From Chlorokybus atmophyticus (taxonomy: Eukaryota; Plantae; Mesostigma and Chlorokybus algae), in assembly GCA_009103225.1 (NCBI GenBank), contig RHPI01003729.1, forward strand, positions 63,244 to 127,243: a stretch of 64,000 nt of DNA, written 5' to 3'. Of the stretch, positions 1-10,800 are shown piece after piece. Each line of letters opens with the position of its first letter. Position 1 is the stretch's first letter. The notes under the pieces are model-generated. The model did no database searches and was not told the DNA's origin. It saw nothing but the letters and a program-made list of their open reading frames with translations. A program made the position numbers and the translations under genes.

Positions 1-1850
1 GTCTGGAACAGTACTCAAGGTCAGTTCGTGAACAATGAGCTTAAGCACATGCAACCTGGCCATGGACGCAACAGCTGTGCAAGCAGCAATGGGCAAGCCC
101 AAGTCCCGCAACACACCTGTAAGTGCGCGCCTTTGCTGCAGCGCATCGGCAGTGCGCAGCACAGCGCGTTCAAACAGTACCATTGCGACTCTCTCAAACA
201 GCCATGTGACTGACTGTTCGTCTGCGTGAATCACACATGTTGAGCGGAGGTGAGCACATGTTGGTTTGAGTGTGAGTAGCAGTAGAGACAATCGACGCAC
301 CTTTTTTCGCGCTGACTTCAAAGTACTCTGCGTTCATCTGGGCTGCAAGAGCCTCTGCGTGCTCGCGTGATACGCCCTGGAACATATCGCCCTGGGAGGT
401 TTATAAATACACAATGAGGTCACCAACGCACGCACCCACGCACGCACGCACACCCCACGCATTCCACTGTCTCCAACTACAGGGTGTCACCACACTGCAC
501 GCACGTACACATCAACATGATACCTTGCAGCCGATCAGAAATACGCAAAACTCTCCCTTGGTGACTGCAGCCCTATTCTCCATCTCCACCTCCTGCACCC
601 ACTGTCCAACGCATGTTGGAACACCCACGCCTGCCCAGCATGGACGAAGACTACGCAAGACCACAAACACACGCACATACTTTGTGCACGTTGCGGAGGG
701 ATTCTATGCTCCCGAGGTCGAAGCAGGCGAGGCAGGCCCCGGCGCCCCTGTAGTACGCGCGCGACAGACTACGGAACTTTTCCTGCCCCGCCGTGTCCCA
801 ACTGAGACAGCACAAGTCCACATGATAAAAGATTGGGTGAGAGAGTTGCTGAGTCAGTGTGTGAGTTGAGTGCATGATAGAACGAGTCCGTGAGTGACTG
901 GGTGAGTGGGTGGGTGAGTGAGTTGGTAGCTGAGTCTGTGAGTGAGGTATTGAGTGAGTGCGGTATTCAGTAAGTGGGGGTTGATGGGTCCGTCGGCGAG
1001 TTGATGCATTAGCGAGCGTGTGTGGGTGAGAGGGTCAAGGAGTGTGAGCTCTAATAATGCAGCAAAGCTATAAATGGTCCGCGGTGGTATGGTTGAATGA
1101 GTGCTTACATGTGAAGGGTGAAAGTCATGTTGAACTCTTGAAGCAAGTACTTCTGCCAAAAGAAATCCACGCCAATTGTGCTCTGGTGCAGAAAAAGGAG
1201 TAAAGATATAGGAGACCCAACAATAACCTCACTTAGTCAGTTTGAAATACGTGACATCAACAAGTACGTAATGTGCCTTTGCGAAGTAATATGCCATTGC
1301 GGTCACATGCTGGTGATGGTACTTGATGAGGTTGGTCGGGAAGGTTTCAACTATGCAAAAGTGTGGTATACCTTGTAGTTGGGAGGGAAGACGCCTTGGA
1401 AATACTTGAGCACAAGACACGTCTTGCCTGACCACACACGCATGAACAGCATATGTATGTATGTGCGTAACGCATCACACATGCACTTGCTGTCATTGTT
1501 GTCATTGCAGCAACAGTGGGTTACAGTCGTTGTGGTAACAAAGGTTTTGTTCCGATAGACAGGATTCTGTCTCACCAACACTCTGGTCGCCCACCACCAC
1601 TACCTTCTCGGTCAAGCCCGAAGCTTCCCTGCGCAAGAGGACAAGTGACGCGCACATGCATATATGAGCGCATATGCCGTTGCATGCAATGGCATGTGGA
1701 CATGTATGCACATGCAATTGGTAGACTGAGACAAACACAAAACAGTGAGAAACATACTCACAATGCCACTGCTGGATTAGACCCAACAATGTCCGCCATG
1801 AAAGCTGGGAAAGTCCGGTTCAGCGCCGCATGCTTTGACAGGTCCAATCT
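1..1850 (-). CDS. Rab GTPase, Rab34/Rab36-like (multi-exon; last exon runs off the window start; 5' end uncertain)
   Basis: GT-AG exons 1628-1576, 1427-1372, 1182-1109, 801-681, 601-524, 391-301 and 221-117 splice in frame. They give KVVVVGDQSVGKTCLV (P-loop), TIGVDF, WDTAGQEKF, YYRGA, FLIGCK, YFEVSAK and VTWLFERVAMVLFERAVL. The C-terminal KRKRCCG* is visible in the duplicate at 4880-4947. A probable extra exon lies at about 1850-1787. Confidence 0.85.
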
Positions 1851-2098
1851 GCGTCAGATAATAGAAGTGTAGATATACCTGAACTCCCCCGCATTGTGTT
1901 TTGCATGTTCTAACCCTAACCCAGTCAACCAACACCCATGTTGACCACAACCAGTGAACCAGTGAACCCACATGCATGGCTGTCACACACTGTCTTTCTT
2001 TCTCACCCTCCTGAGCCTGGCGGCCTCCCCCGTAGCCGCACCATCTCTTGAGCCCCTACCGACAGCGACATCACTCCTTCCGCCACCTGTCAGCCGCC

Positions 2099-2160
2099 CT
2101 GGCCTGGCTTGGCTTGGCTTGGCTTGGCCTGGCCTGGACTAGACTGGCCTGGTCCGCTCT
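2099..2160. repeat. Pentanucleotide (CCTGG/CTTGG)n array
   Basis: ctggcctggcttggcttggcttggcttggcttggcctggcctggactagactggcctgg read directly; shorter copy near 2234-2250. Confidence 0.9.
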
Positions 2161-2707
2161 GGTCTGCCCTGTCCTGCAAGGTGCGCTTGCTAGAGATAAG
2201 AGTAACTTCTACTCAATTGTAAGGCTTAGTCCGGGCCTGGCTTGGCCTGGGCTTGCAACACGCCAGCTGCCAGCTGGACAGCCCACCTGAAAAGCCACGC
2301 CACGTGCACTCAAAGTGTGCCCCTGCGTGACATGCAGGGCAACACATGCCCCTGACATAAGAAACTGCACCTAACCTACTATAAGGCCAGCACTGGCTGT
2401 GCCAATGCGGGCACAATCCGCACAACAACAGACTGTGACTCACAGTCCATGTCATTGCCACCATGGCCTTGCCACGTCAGCTCCACTCTGCGCCCAGATA
2501 TCGTCTAGACCCACGATACTGATCAAGATACCCTGTTCTGAACATTTTTGCCGCCAATTTCACCACACTGACAGTTGTCGTCATTGATGTTGATGTTGTT
2601 GATGTTGTTGTCGGCGGCTGCGGCGGCATTGGTGTATGTGCCAATGGTGGCGGAGGAGGAGTGATCCCATCTGTCTGCCGCCGTTCGCATCCATGTGGTG
2701 GAATCCC

Positions 2708-4340
2708 ATGGAGGAGCACGTGGCGGCGGCGGTGGAGGCCGCTGTCAAGGTTAGAGCAGGGGTGGTGAATGAGACAACATGGATTGCTAGGCTGGACAAA
2801 TCAGACGTGCATTGCTACTGTGAAGTATGCGAAGAACATGTTGTACAATGCAAGTAGTATGATACCATATTGTGTGCTGTGAGCAAGAAGCATGACCCAA
2901 CATACAACCACCTTTATGCAGCGAACTGCGGTTGGATCACACCTATGCGTAGTGATAAGTTGCATGGGTACCAGACACACATCTGTACTATAAGCATGTA
3001 CTTAAAGAACAGACATGTTTCTCGTTTGTGAAATTCGCTCTCTAACAATGCTTTCACCACAACTCAAACTGTACAACGTAGTTGTATGTTATTCTTATCC
3101 TAAATGTGATACACTCAATCACATATCTACCCTACAAATACATGCTCACAATGTGCACCCACTATCATCATGCAGGAGAGGCAGACACCCGGCGCAGTCG
3201 TATTGATTGGTCGCACTGACTCCATCCTCTGCCACGAGGCGTACGGCTACTTATCATCTTCATCCACAGCAAAGCAGCGCCCTCCCGCTCGAAAGGACAC
3301 CGTCTACGACGTCGCCTCACTCACCAAGCCGCTCGCGACAGCTGCGGCCGTACTGCAACTGGCGGAACGAGGTGGGATGGGGGGGTTGGGGTTGTTGTTG
3401 TTGGTGGTGGTGGTGGTGGTGGTGGTGGTGGTGGTGGTGTCAGAGTTGGGTGTGCTGCTGCTGCTGCTGCTGCTGTGATAAGCTGTTGTTGTTGTTGTTG
3501 TTCTTGTTGTTGTTGTCGTCGCTGTCGTCGTTGTTGTTGCCGCCATTGCTGCTCTTTTTGTTGTTGTCAAGTCACCCTCTCATTGTAGGCAAGCTGCTAC
3601 TGAGCGACACGGTTGCTAGCCACATACCCACATGGTTGCCAACCACACCCACCACCACCGCCACAACCACAACACTACCACCATCATCAAAGCGGCTCGA
3701 CAGCACCGGCAGTGATCAACAGCAGCAACATCAACAAATACAGCAGCAGCGAGGGCGTGCTACGTTGAGACATCTCCTCACGCACTCGGCGGGACTGCCG
3801 GCATACAAGAACTATGCTGCCGACCCTGACTTTGCCAAAGCACCACTTGCGGGTGGGTGAAAGAATGGTGTTGTTGTGTGGTGTTGTGAGTGGGTTGTTG
3901 AAATGTGCGTTGGGAACAGAAAGGAGGCCGAAAGTGGTGCAGGACATATGCTCGCTGCCACTGGAGTACCCTGTTGGCCAGGTATGTGCATGCTTGCATG
4001 TGTGCGCGTGTACGTGCGGGTGTGTGCACGCGTACATGTACATATGTTTGAGTGAAAGTGTGCGTGTGTGCTGTGTGCACGTGTGCCCTATTGCCACTGC
4101 TGTTGAGGTGAGTGAGAGTGTTTGCGCGAGAGCGTCTGTGTGCGGCTTGTGCGTGCATGTGTGTGGTCGGGTGCATGGGCATGCACGAGCATGCACATGC
4201 ACGCACAAGCACACAGATGCTTGTTGGTGCTGTTGGGTTCACAGAACATGCTCCTTGCAGGGCTTTTCTTACAGCTGCCTGGGATACATCCTACTCGCAA
4301 CCATTGTGGAGCAAGTCACAGGTTTGCTGGCGCACAACTG

Positions 4341-4388
<48 letters not shown>

Positions 4389-6359
4389 ACGTGCGTGCGC
4401 GAGTGCGCGTGTGGGTGTGGGTGTGGGTGGGGGTGGGATGGCCAAACGCATTATCATCAGGGTGGTCACAACCATGCCGTATAGATTTGTTTTGCTTGCT
4501 TGGGCTTGGGCTTGTGCGCAGTGTGTAGCTTAGGGTCAGGATTGAATAAAGCCCGGTGCAGCGTAGGGTCAGAATCGGGTTGGCTAGCTTTGTAATTAAG
4601 TTGAAGGTAATCTTGTCGTTGGCAAGTGGTTGAAACGTGGTCGATGCATTTCTTCCTTGAAGAGTGGGGTAGTTTTGATTGCTCTCTTGGACACCACTGT
4701 TGTACACGAATGCATACTATCACAAGCATGCCCAGTAAATGTACATAATGTGCTGCCTGCAGCGTCATAACAAGGATATGTGTACATGCTAACCCCAAGT
4801 CTCATTGGCTCTCCCACCACCAAATGCCAAACACACAAATGTTAACCTGCAATCACACTACACACACCGATGACCTGGCTCAACCACAGCATCTTTTCCT
4901 CTTGGACTGTTTGTGACTATTGCTATCCACTTGAATGCTTTCTGCGTCTGGAACAGTACTCAAGGTCAGTTCGTGAACAATGAGCTTAAGCACATGCAAC
5001 CTGGCCATGGACGCAACAGCTGTGCAAGCAGCAATGGGCAAGCCCAAGTCCCGCAACACACCTGTAAGTGCGCGCCTTTGCTGCAGCGCATCGGCAGTGC
5101 GCAGCACAGCGCGTTCAAACAGTACCATTGCGACTCTCTCAAACAGCCATGTGACTGACTGTTCGTCTGCGTGAATCACACATGTTGAGCGGAGGTGAGN
5201 TGAGTACTGCCAAGCCCACATATACAAGCCCCTCGGCATGACAGACACGTGCTTTAACCCCTCGGGCGAGCTCCTCGAGCGCTGTGCCCCAACAGAGCAG
5301 GTTTGTGTGACAGAGTGTCTCCTGGTTTGCATGGATTCTTGACATTTGCAACCAGCACGACTCACGTGTGTCTGTGCTTGCACAAGACAGCTGCCTGAGG
5401 GCACACTTAAAGGAGTTGTGCACGACGAAGTTGCGCGGTGAGAGTGTGTGTACTATATGCATACTGTAGCTGGGACAACATATACTGCGCCATCCAGCAA
5501 GTAATGTCATGTTCGTGTCAAGCAGTTACCTTGGCGGAGTAGGTGGCAACGCGGGCCTGTTCTCCACCGCACACGACATATCTATTCTCATGACACATCT
5601 GAACCGAGCTTTCCGGTACAGTTACAGCTGCTTTACAGGGTGAACACATACTGTGTCCTGTCCTGACAATGTTTTATGCCAACAGGAAGAGAAATGACAC
5701 GCCTCCACCGATGGTGACCGTGTTTGGTGGCGAGCGCGAGGTGCAGTTCCCGCTGCTGTCTCCCGCGGCCGCTGCGGCCATGGCGCGACCCACCAAGCCC
5801 CTGCCCGGCACGGACGGCGTCCTGAGAGGACTCGGGTGGGATGTCCATAGCAGCCTTAGCGGCTCGGTGAGTTGTTGCTGCATGTTGCTTTCAATGCATT
5901 TTGACTATACTCGTGCCCATAGCACTCGCGCGAAGTCATGTACGTGCACGCACACCTATGTGCGTGTCTGCGCACACTCGGGCATGCATGCACATGTAGA
6001 AGGCACAGGACAGCATACGCGCACAAGCATGCGCATGTGTGCATGTGGGTGACTGCGTGCTTCCGTCGGGTGCCATAGCACAGTTAGAGGATTGTTGCTG
6101 CTCTTTCTCCTGCTGGCTGTTCACACATAAATCTCTCGTACAGGTACGGGGGGACCTGTTTGTGCCTGGCAAGACTTTTGGACACACGGGGTATACGGGG
6201 TGCTCAATATGGGCGGATGCCTCTTCAGGCGTGTATTGCATACTTCTTACCAATCGCGTGCACCTTGGACGCGATCGTGACATATCGCGGCTTCGCTCGC
6301 AAGTTGCCAACATAGCGGCGTCTTCGGCCCTTCATGCATGGTCATGGGGTTGGGGTTGA
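2708..6359 (+). CDS. Serine hydrolase of the class C beta-lactamase/penicillin-binding-protein fold (multi-exon)
   Basis: Exons give PGAVVLIG, TVYDVASLTKP (SxxK), TLRHLLTHSAGLP, FSYSCLGYILL (YxN-position motif), IYKPLGMTDTCFNP, GVVHDEVAR, LGGVGGNAGLFSTAHD and FGHTGYTG...LLTNRVH. Start ATG is uncertain (2693 or 2708). The model is interrupted by the duplicated segment and N at 5200. Confidence 0.85.
3372..3570. repeat. Intronic trinucleotide microsatellite mosaic (GGT)n-(GCT)n-(GTT)n
   Basis: Consecutive runs of gtg/ggt, ctg and ttg between donor 3372 and acceptor about 3588. Confidence 0.9.
4343..4381. repeat. (GT)n microsatellite in intron
   Basis: About 19 GT units read directly. Confidence 0.95.
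4880..5199 (-). repeat. Exact duplicate of the last two Rab exons (4946-5199 = 1-254), ending at a single N (5200)
   Basis: Offset 4945 and identical by eye. It sits inside the beta-lactamase-fold gene, and the exon resuming at 5201 lacks its acceptor. Confidence 0.9.
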
Positions 6360-7827
6360 TGATATGTATGTATGCAAGAACCAGCGGAAAGCCTATGCGT
6401 GTGTGCAAGTAACTTTATACGCATACATTGAAATTGTTTGTATAGCTAGCAATAGTGTAATGCTCGCGAGTTCTATGTGCATGAAGTCATGCCAATTGCT
6501 ATTGTGTACATGTTGGGGACACTGCTTGTAGCATCGCATCGCAATACATTTGTGGGCAGCTGCGGTTTATATAAAGAAATAGGTATGGTTGGTTACTCTC
6601 TTAGCCAGATCTCAGACAGTGGCATCAATTACAACTATGAATGTGAGTTGTGCGGCCTGCGATCCAATGTGAAAGGGTGCGGCGGGTAAGTACTAGTAAA
6701 TTGTATTACTTAAATCTGCAAGCAATGATTCAACAAGTACATTGCAAAAATGGACTCCGTGTACATCTTTCTCTCCTTCTCTTCGACTTAACCACAAACG
6801 TAGGTTAGCAGGCCGTCTGAGAGTCGATACTTTATGCATGAGTATACAAGTGTGCCTAATATGTAGTAAGATATACACATGCTTGACGTATAAAATACCG
6901 CCATATCGCATATAATACGGTCTCAGAGTATGTCATATGACAAATCAGTGCAATGCAAGGGAAAGCATCTTGTGAGATGGCATGTCTACAAACAGTTTCT
7001 TGATTTTTATGTGACTGGTGTGTGCTTTAGGCTGATAAATGGAGACACCATTCACCCAAGCGCCCTCCCCTCCACCTCCCCTCTTCGCTCGAGGGAGGCT
7101 AGGCCTACTTGTATTCGTACGAAGGAATTGTATTGCAAGTAGTTGTAAGTCGCGCCAAATCACCTCTCAAGTTGGATTGACTCATTATACTTCATTCATG
7201 TATGATTGTGCGCGGCGGGACCATATCCGCGAAAGTTCAAGAGGGAGTTGGGGTTGTACATTTTCTTAATTGAGCCATAGCATACATGTATCGGATTTCT
7301 CAATATTATGTTTCTGCTTATGGATCTATAGTGATTGTAAACAAACTTTTACAAAGTACTTTCACTTGATGTGAAACATACATTGATGTTATACATGGGA
7401 TATGCGTTGTATAATGCTGATATCGTAATTCTATTTACGCTGCATGATAAGATATATATTCAGTGATGAACAAACGATGATACATATCATGCTGATTACT
7501 TTGTCACAAAGTCATGGCACACACTCTAAAGCCAGCTTGGAGCCAGTGCAGAGTGTCACATCAGATGAGCACAAACACAGTGTTTGAAACACTGGTTGCA
7601 TGCACTCAAGTGAACAAGGAAAATGCTGCAGCGTGCACGTTAGGGACCCTAGGTACCCTAGCTTAGGGTACCTAGGCCTACATCTGAAAAATGACATGCT
7701 GTTATCTCAGGCATGCGCTTAACGCGAACCGCCACGGCTTCATGCGTTTCTTCCCGCCAAATCGTTGGCCATTCAAACCCACAAGTCACATCAACGCAAG
7801 GCCCATCCCAACCCTAGCGTGCCGGAT

Positions 7828-10800
7828 ATGTTGCCAGGTGGCACCTTCCCCTGCTCCTCATCCTCCTCCGTCGCCGTCGCCGCCTGCCCGCACGTCGTTG
7901 CCACGGCGGGCCTGTGGCGTCCTGGGGTTGCTCTTTGCAGGCGACTGAGAGGAGGAGGGCCGCCTCTCCGCCTGCTGCTGCCTTCTTTCGCCTCCAGGCC
8001 GTTGGCAGCCATGGCTGGAGGCGGCGGAGGAGGAGGCAGCAGGAAAAAACCAGCAAAGAATGGTGAGAAGGACGGCATGTTGGACGCCAGGCAGCGGACC
8101 ATTGGGTCGTTCTTTGGTGGGCGTGACGCCAAGCCCGAGCCACAGCGCAAAATTAACGCTTACTTCAACCAAGGCCAAAAGCAGCAGGTAGATTGCCAAT
8201 TGCTTAGCTGTTGCTCTTACAGCTATCCACTGGCACGTTGTAGGTTGGTTCTTGTGCTTGTTTAAGCATCTCAGCAGTGCTGCATGTTAGGTTTTTGGCA
8301 ATGCGTTTATATGGCTTCTGCTCATAGTAGGAAAGGCACAGTTGTACATGCAACGGTACTCTGCATGTTGTAACGTGCTCCCTTGTTGCATGCAGATTGC
8401 GGCTGCAACCGAGACCTCGTTGCCATCTGAGACTACAAGCAATGCAACCGGGGCTGCAGAGGCTCCTGCTAGTCCACAGGTATTGCTGGATGCGCAGTGT
8501 TCCGTTGGGCCACCTAAGTGTTTTGTATGTTAACGTCATGTTGTCCAGCTGTACTTGTATTCATCCTAGTTACTTTTACAACATACCAAATGTTTTTAAC
8601 GCATTATTCCGCACTCAAACAACAATCAAGCACCGACGTTATGTGTCCAAGCACGGACGTTATGTGTCCAGTCCCAGTGCAAAGTCATTGGCTGTGTAGA
8701 AGTCAGTTCTCATGCATGAAGACATATGGCGCTCATTTATCAACGCTAGTCATTGTCAAAGGAAAGCTGCAAATAATGCACACTTTCATCTTCCAGGCCA
8801 AGCAAGACGTGCATGTGCAGGTGGAAATGCCGGAGGACCGCATTGCAGAGAGCGCGTCTGAGTTGGCGACTGCTGCTGCCACACCTTCACCACCCAGAGC
8901 GGGTGGTTCAGGCAGGAGACGTGCAAGTCGCAAGTCAGAAGCTAGTGGACTTGTGGACAACACTGCAGCGACAGCAGCTGTAGGAGAGGAACCTGCTTCC
9001 CCAGCGTCGCCCAAAAGGGCTCGCAGGGCTTCCAGTCCTTCAACATCAAGCCCAAAGGCTTCCACCAGGAGACGCTCCTCTCCTGTTCGCAAGCAAGAAG
9101 CTGCTGCGCCTGTGGACATTGCTGCAGAGCCCGCAGCAAGTGCATGCACTACCACGCCACCAACAAACAAGAAACAGCGCAGGTCCTCTGCTAGTCCCTC
9201 AACAACATCAAGCCCAGGTGGTTTAGCTGAAACAAGTTCATCGCCTGCGCGCACTGGAGAAGACAGTGTGATGGATGTTGTTGAGCCCGGATCAGCACCC
9301 GCTACCAGCGTACCAGCATCGGGCAAAAAGCCGAGCAGGAGGAAAAGCTCGCCGCCAAGCACCCAAGGTGACCAAGATGGTGCTGCTCCAAAGGGCAAAC
9401 GTCGCCGACTGGTCAAAGCACTGCAGGTGCTTGTTATGTGGGGTGACAGCCCTGATTATGCTCACTTACCCGTTGACAGCTCAACCATTGTTCCATGCAT
9501 GTACTCTTTGGCTTCTGATGAACTTGGCACCCCCAGCCCGCAGCTGCTGCTGTCACTGCGGAGTTGGACGAGGTGCATGACGTCGTAAAGGAACATGCAG
9601 ACAGCGAAGTTCATGATGCTCCAGCCGGTAGCGTTGAGGAAGCAGCATCACCAGCGCCCAAGGGACGTGCTCGAAAAGCAAAGGCAAAGGCCCAAGTGGA
9701 GGTCTGTACATAGACTGCTTGAATTGCAATGTTGGAGTCTGTGGGTACGAAGCATCCTACTGTTCAACAGCACCTTATGTCATCAAGGCGCCTATGCACA
9801 TGTGTGGGGAGGGAGAGGAGGGGCAGGGTGACCAGCTTACATGTGATCGTGATCAGCAGGATTCTGCCAGCGAAGTTGGCAGCGAGGTAGAGGACGATCT
9901 GCAAGGGTCCGAACAAGATGAAGTTGCCACTGAAAAGAAGGTGCTGAAGCCTGCCAAAGCTGCACCGAAGAAAGCAAAAGCACCTCGTGGCAAAGCCACT
10001 GAGAAGACAGTGGGCATAGGTAAGTAAGCCGCGTGCACACTGCAAGCGTGTTGCATATGGGCATGTAAGCTTTGCCTACTTGCAGGAGACGGGTTGGTTG
10101 GCATGGCTGCCAAGCTGTTGAAGCATGATCCCCGCGAACTGGCCACCTGGAAAGATGGTTCGTGCTTGCAGTGGGCCTCACGCCCCAATACCTATGGTCT
10201 TGGCAACATTGTTTCTATTGCATATGACCCCGTGCTGTGCAACAGGTGAACCCGTGCCTTATTTCTTCCTTGCGAATGCATTCGACGAGATTTCCGAAGA
10301 GACACGTCGGTTGGTATGCAGACTGGTGGTTTCTCAATATGGTTTTCATGTGTCTGAATTGCCACCTAAAAGAGCGATGTGGTGGCTCAATGCAGGTCAT
10401 ACAAGAGAAGATGTGCAACGTGTTTAGAACAATCATGGTGACAACACCAGCAGACCTGTTGCCAGCGGTGTACTTGACCAACAACACCGTTGCCCCTCCA
10501 CATGAAGGGATTGAGCTAAACATCGGTGAAGCCACTGTGCTGAAGGTGGTGTACTTGTGCAACCGCCATGCCCCCTCTGATATTAGCCTTATATACAGTG
10601 CTCTGCTGTTACATGACGTTTACCTCCACTTGTGCACTTATGTGTCGTTCGCTGCATCTCAGCTAATGGCAGACAGCAACGCAGGCATTATCGCAAAGCA
10701 CGGGCAGCAAGGATGCAACCATCCGAGCTGAGCAGCAAAAGCTGGGTGACTTGGGGCTCGTGGCTCGCGCTCTGCGCAGTAAACAAAAGACTCTTGCGTT

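Noticed and set aside
3207-4533. Long ORFs with poly-W/C/V/T tracts
   Set aside because: Translations of intronic microsatellites overlapping real exons.
8733-9416. 227-aa antisense ORF within LIG1 (likewise antisense ORFs over ELIP, LEA and gag)
   Set aside because: Shadow frames of GC-rich coding exons.
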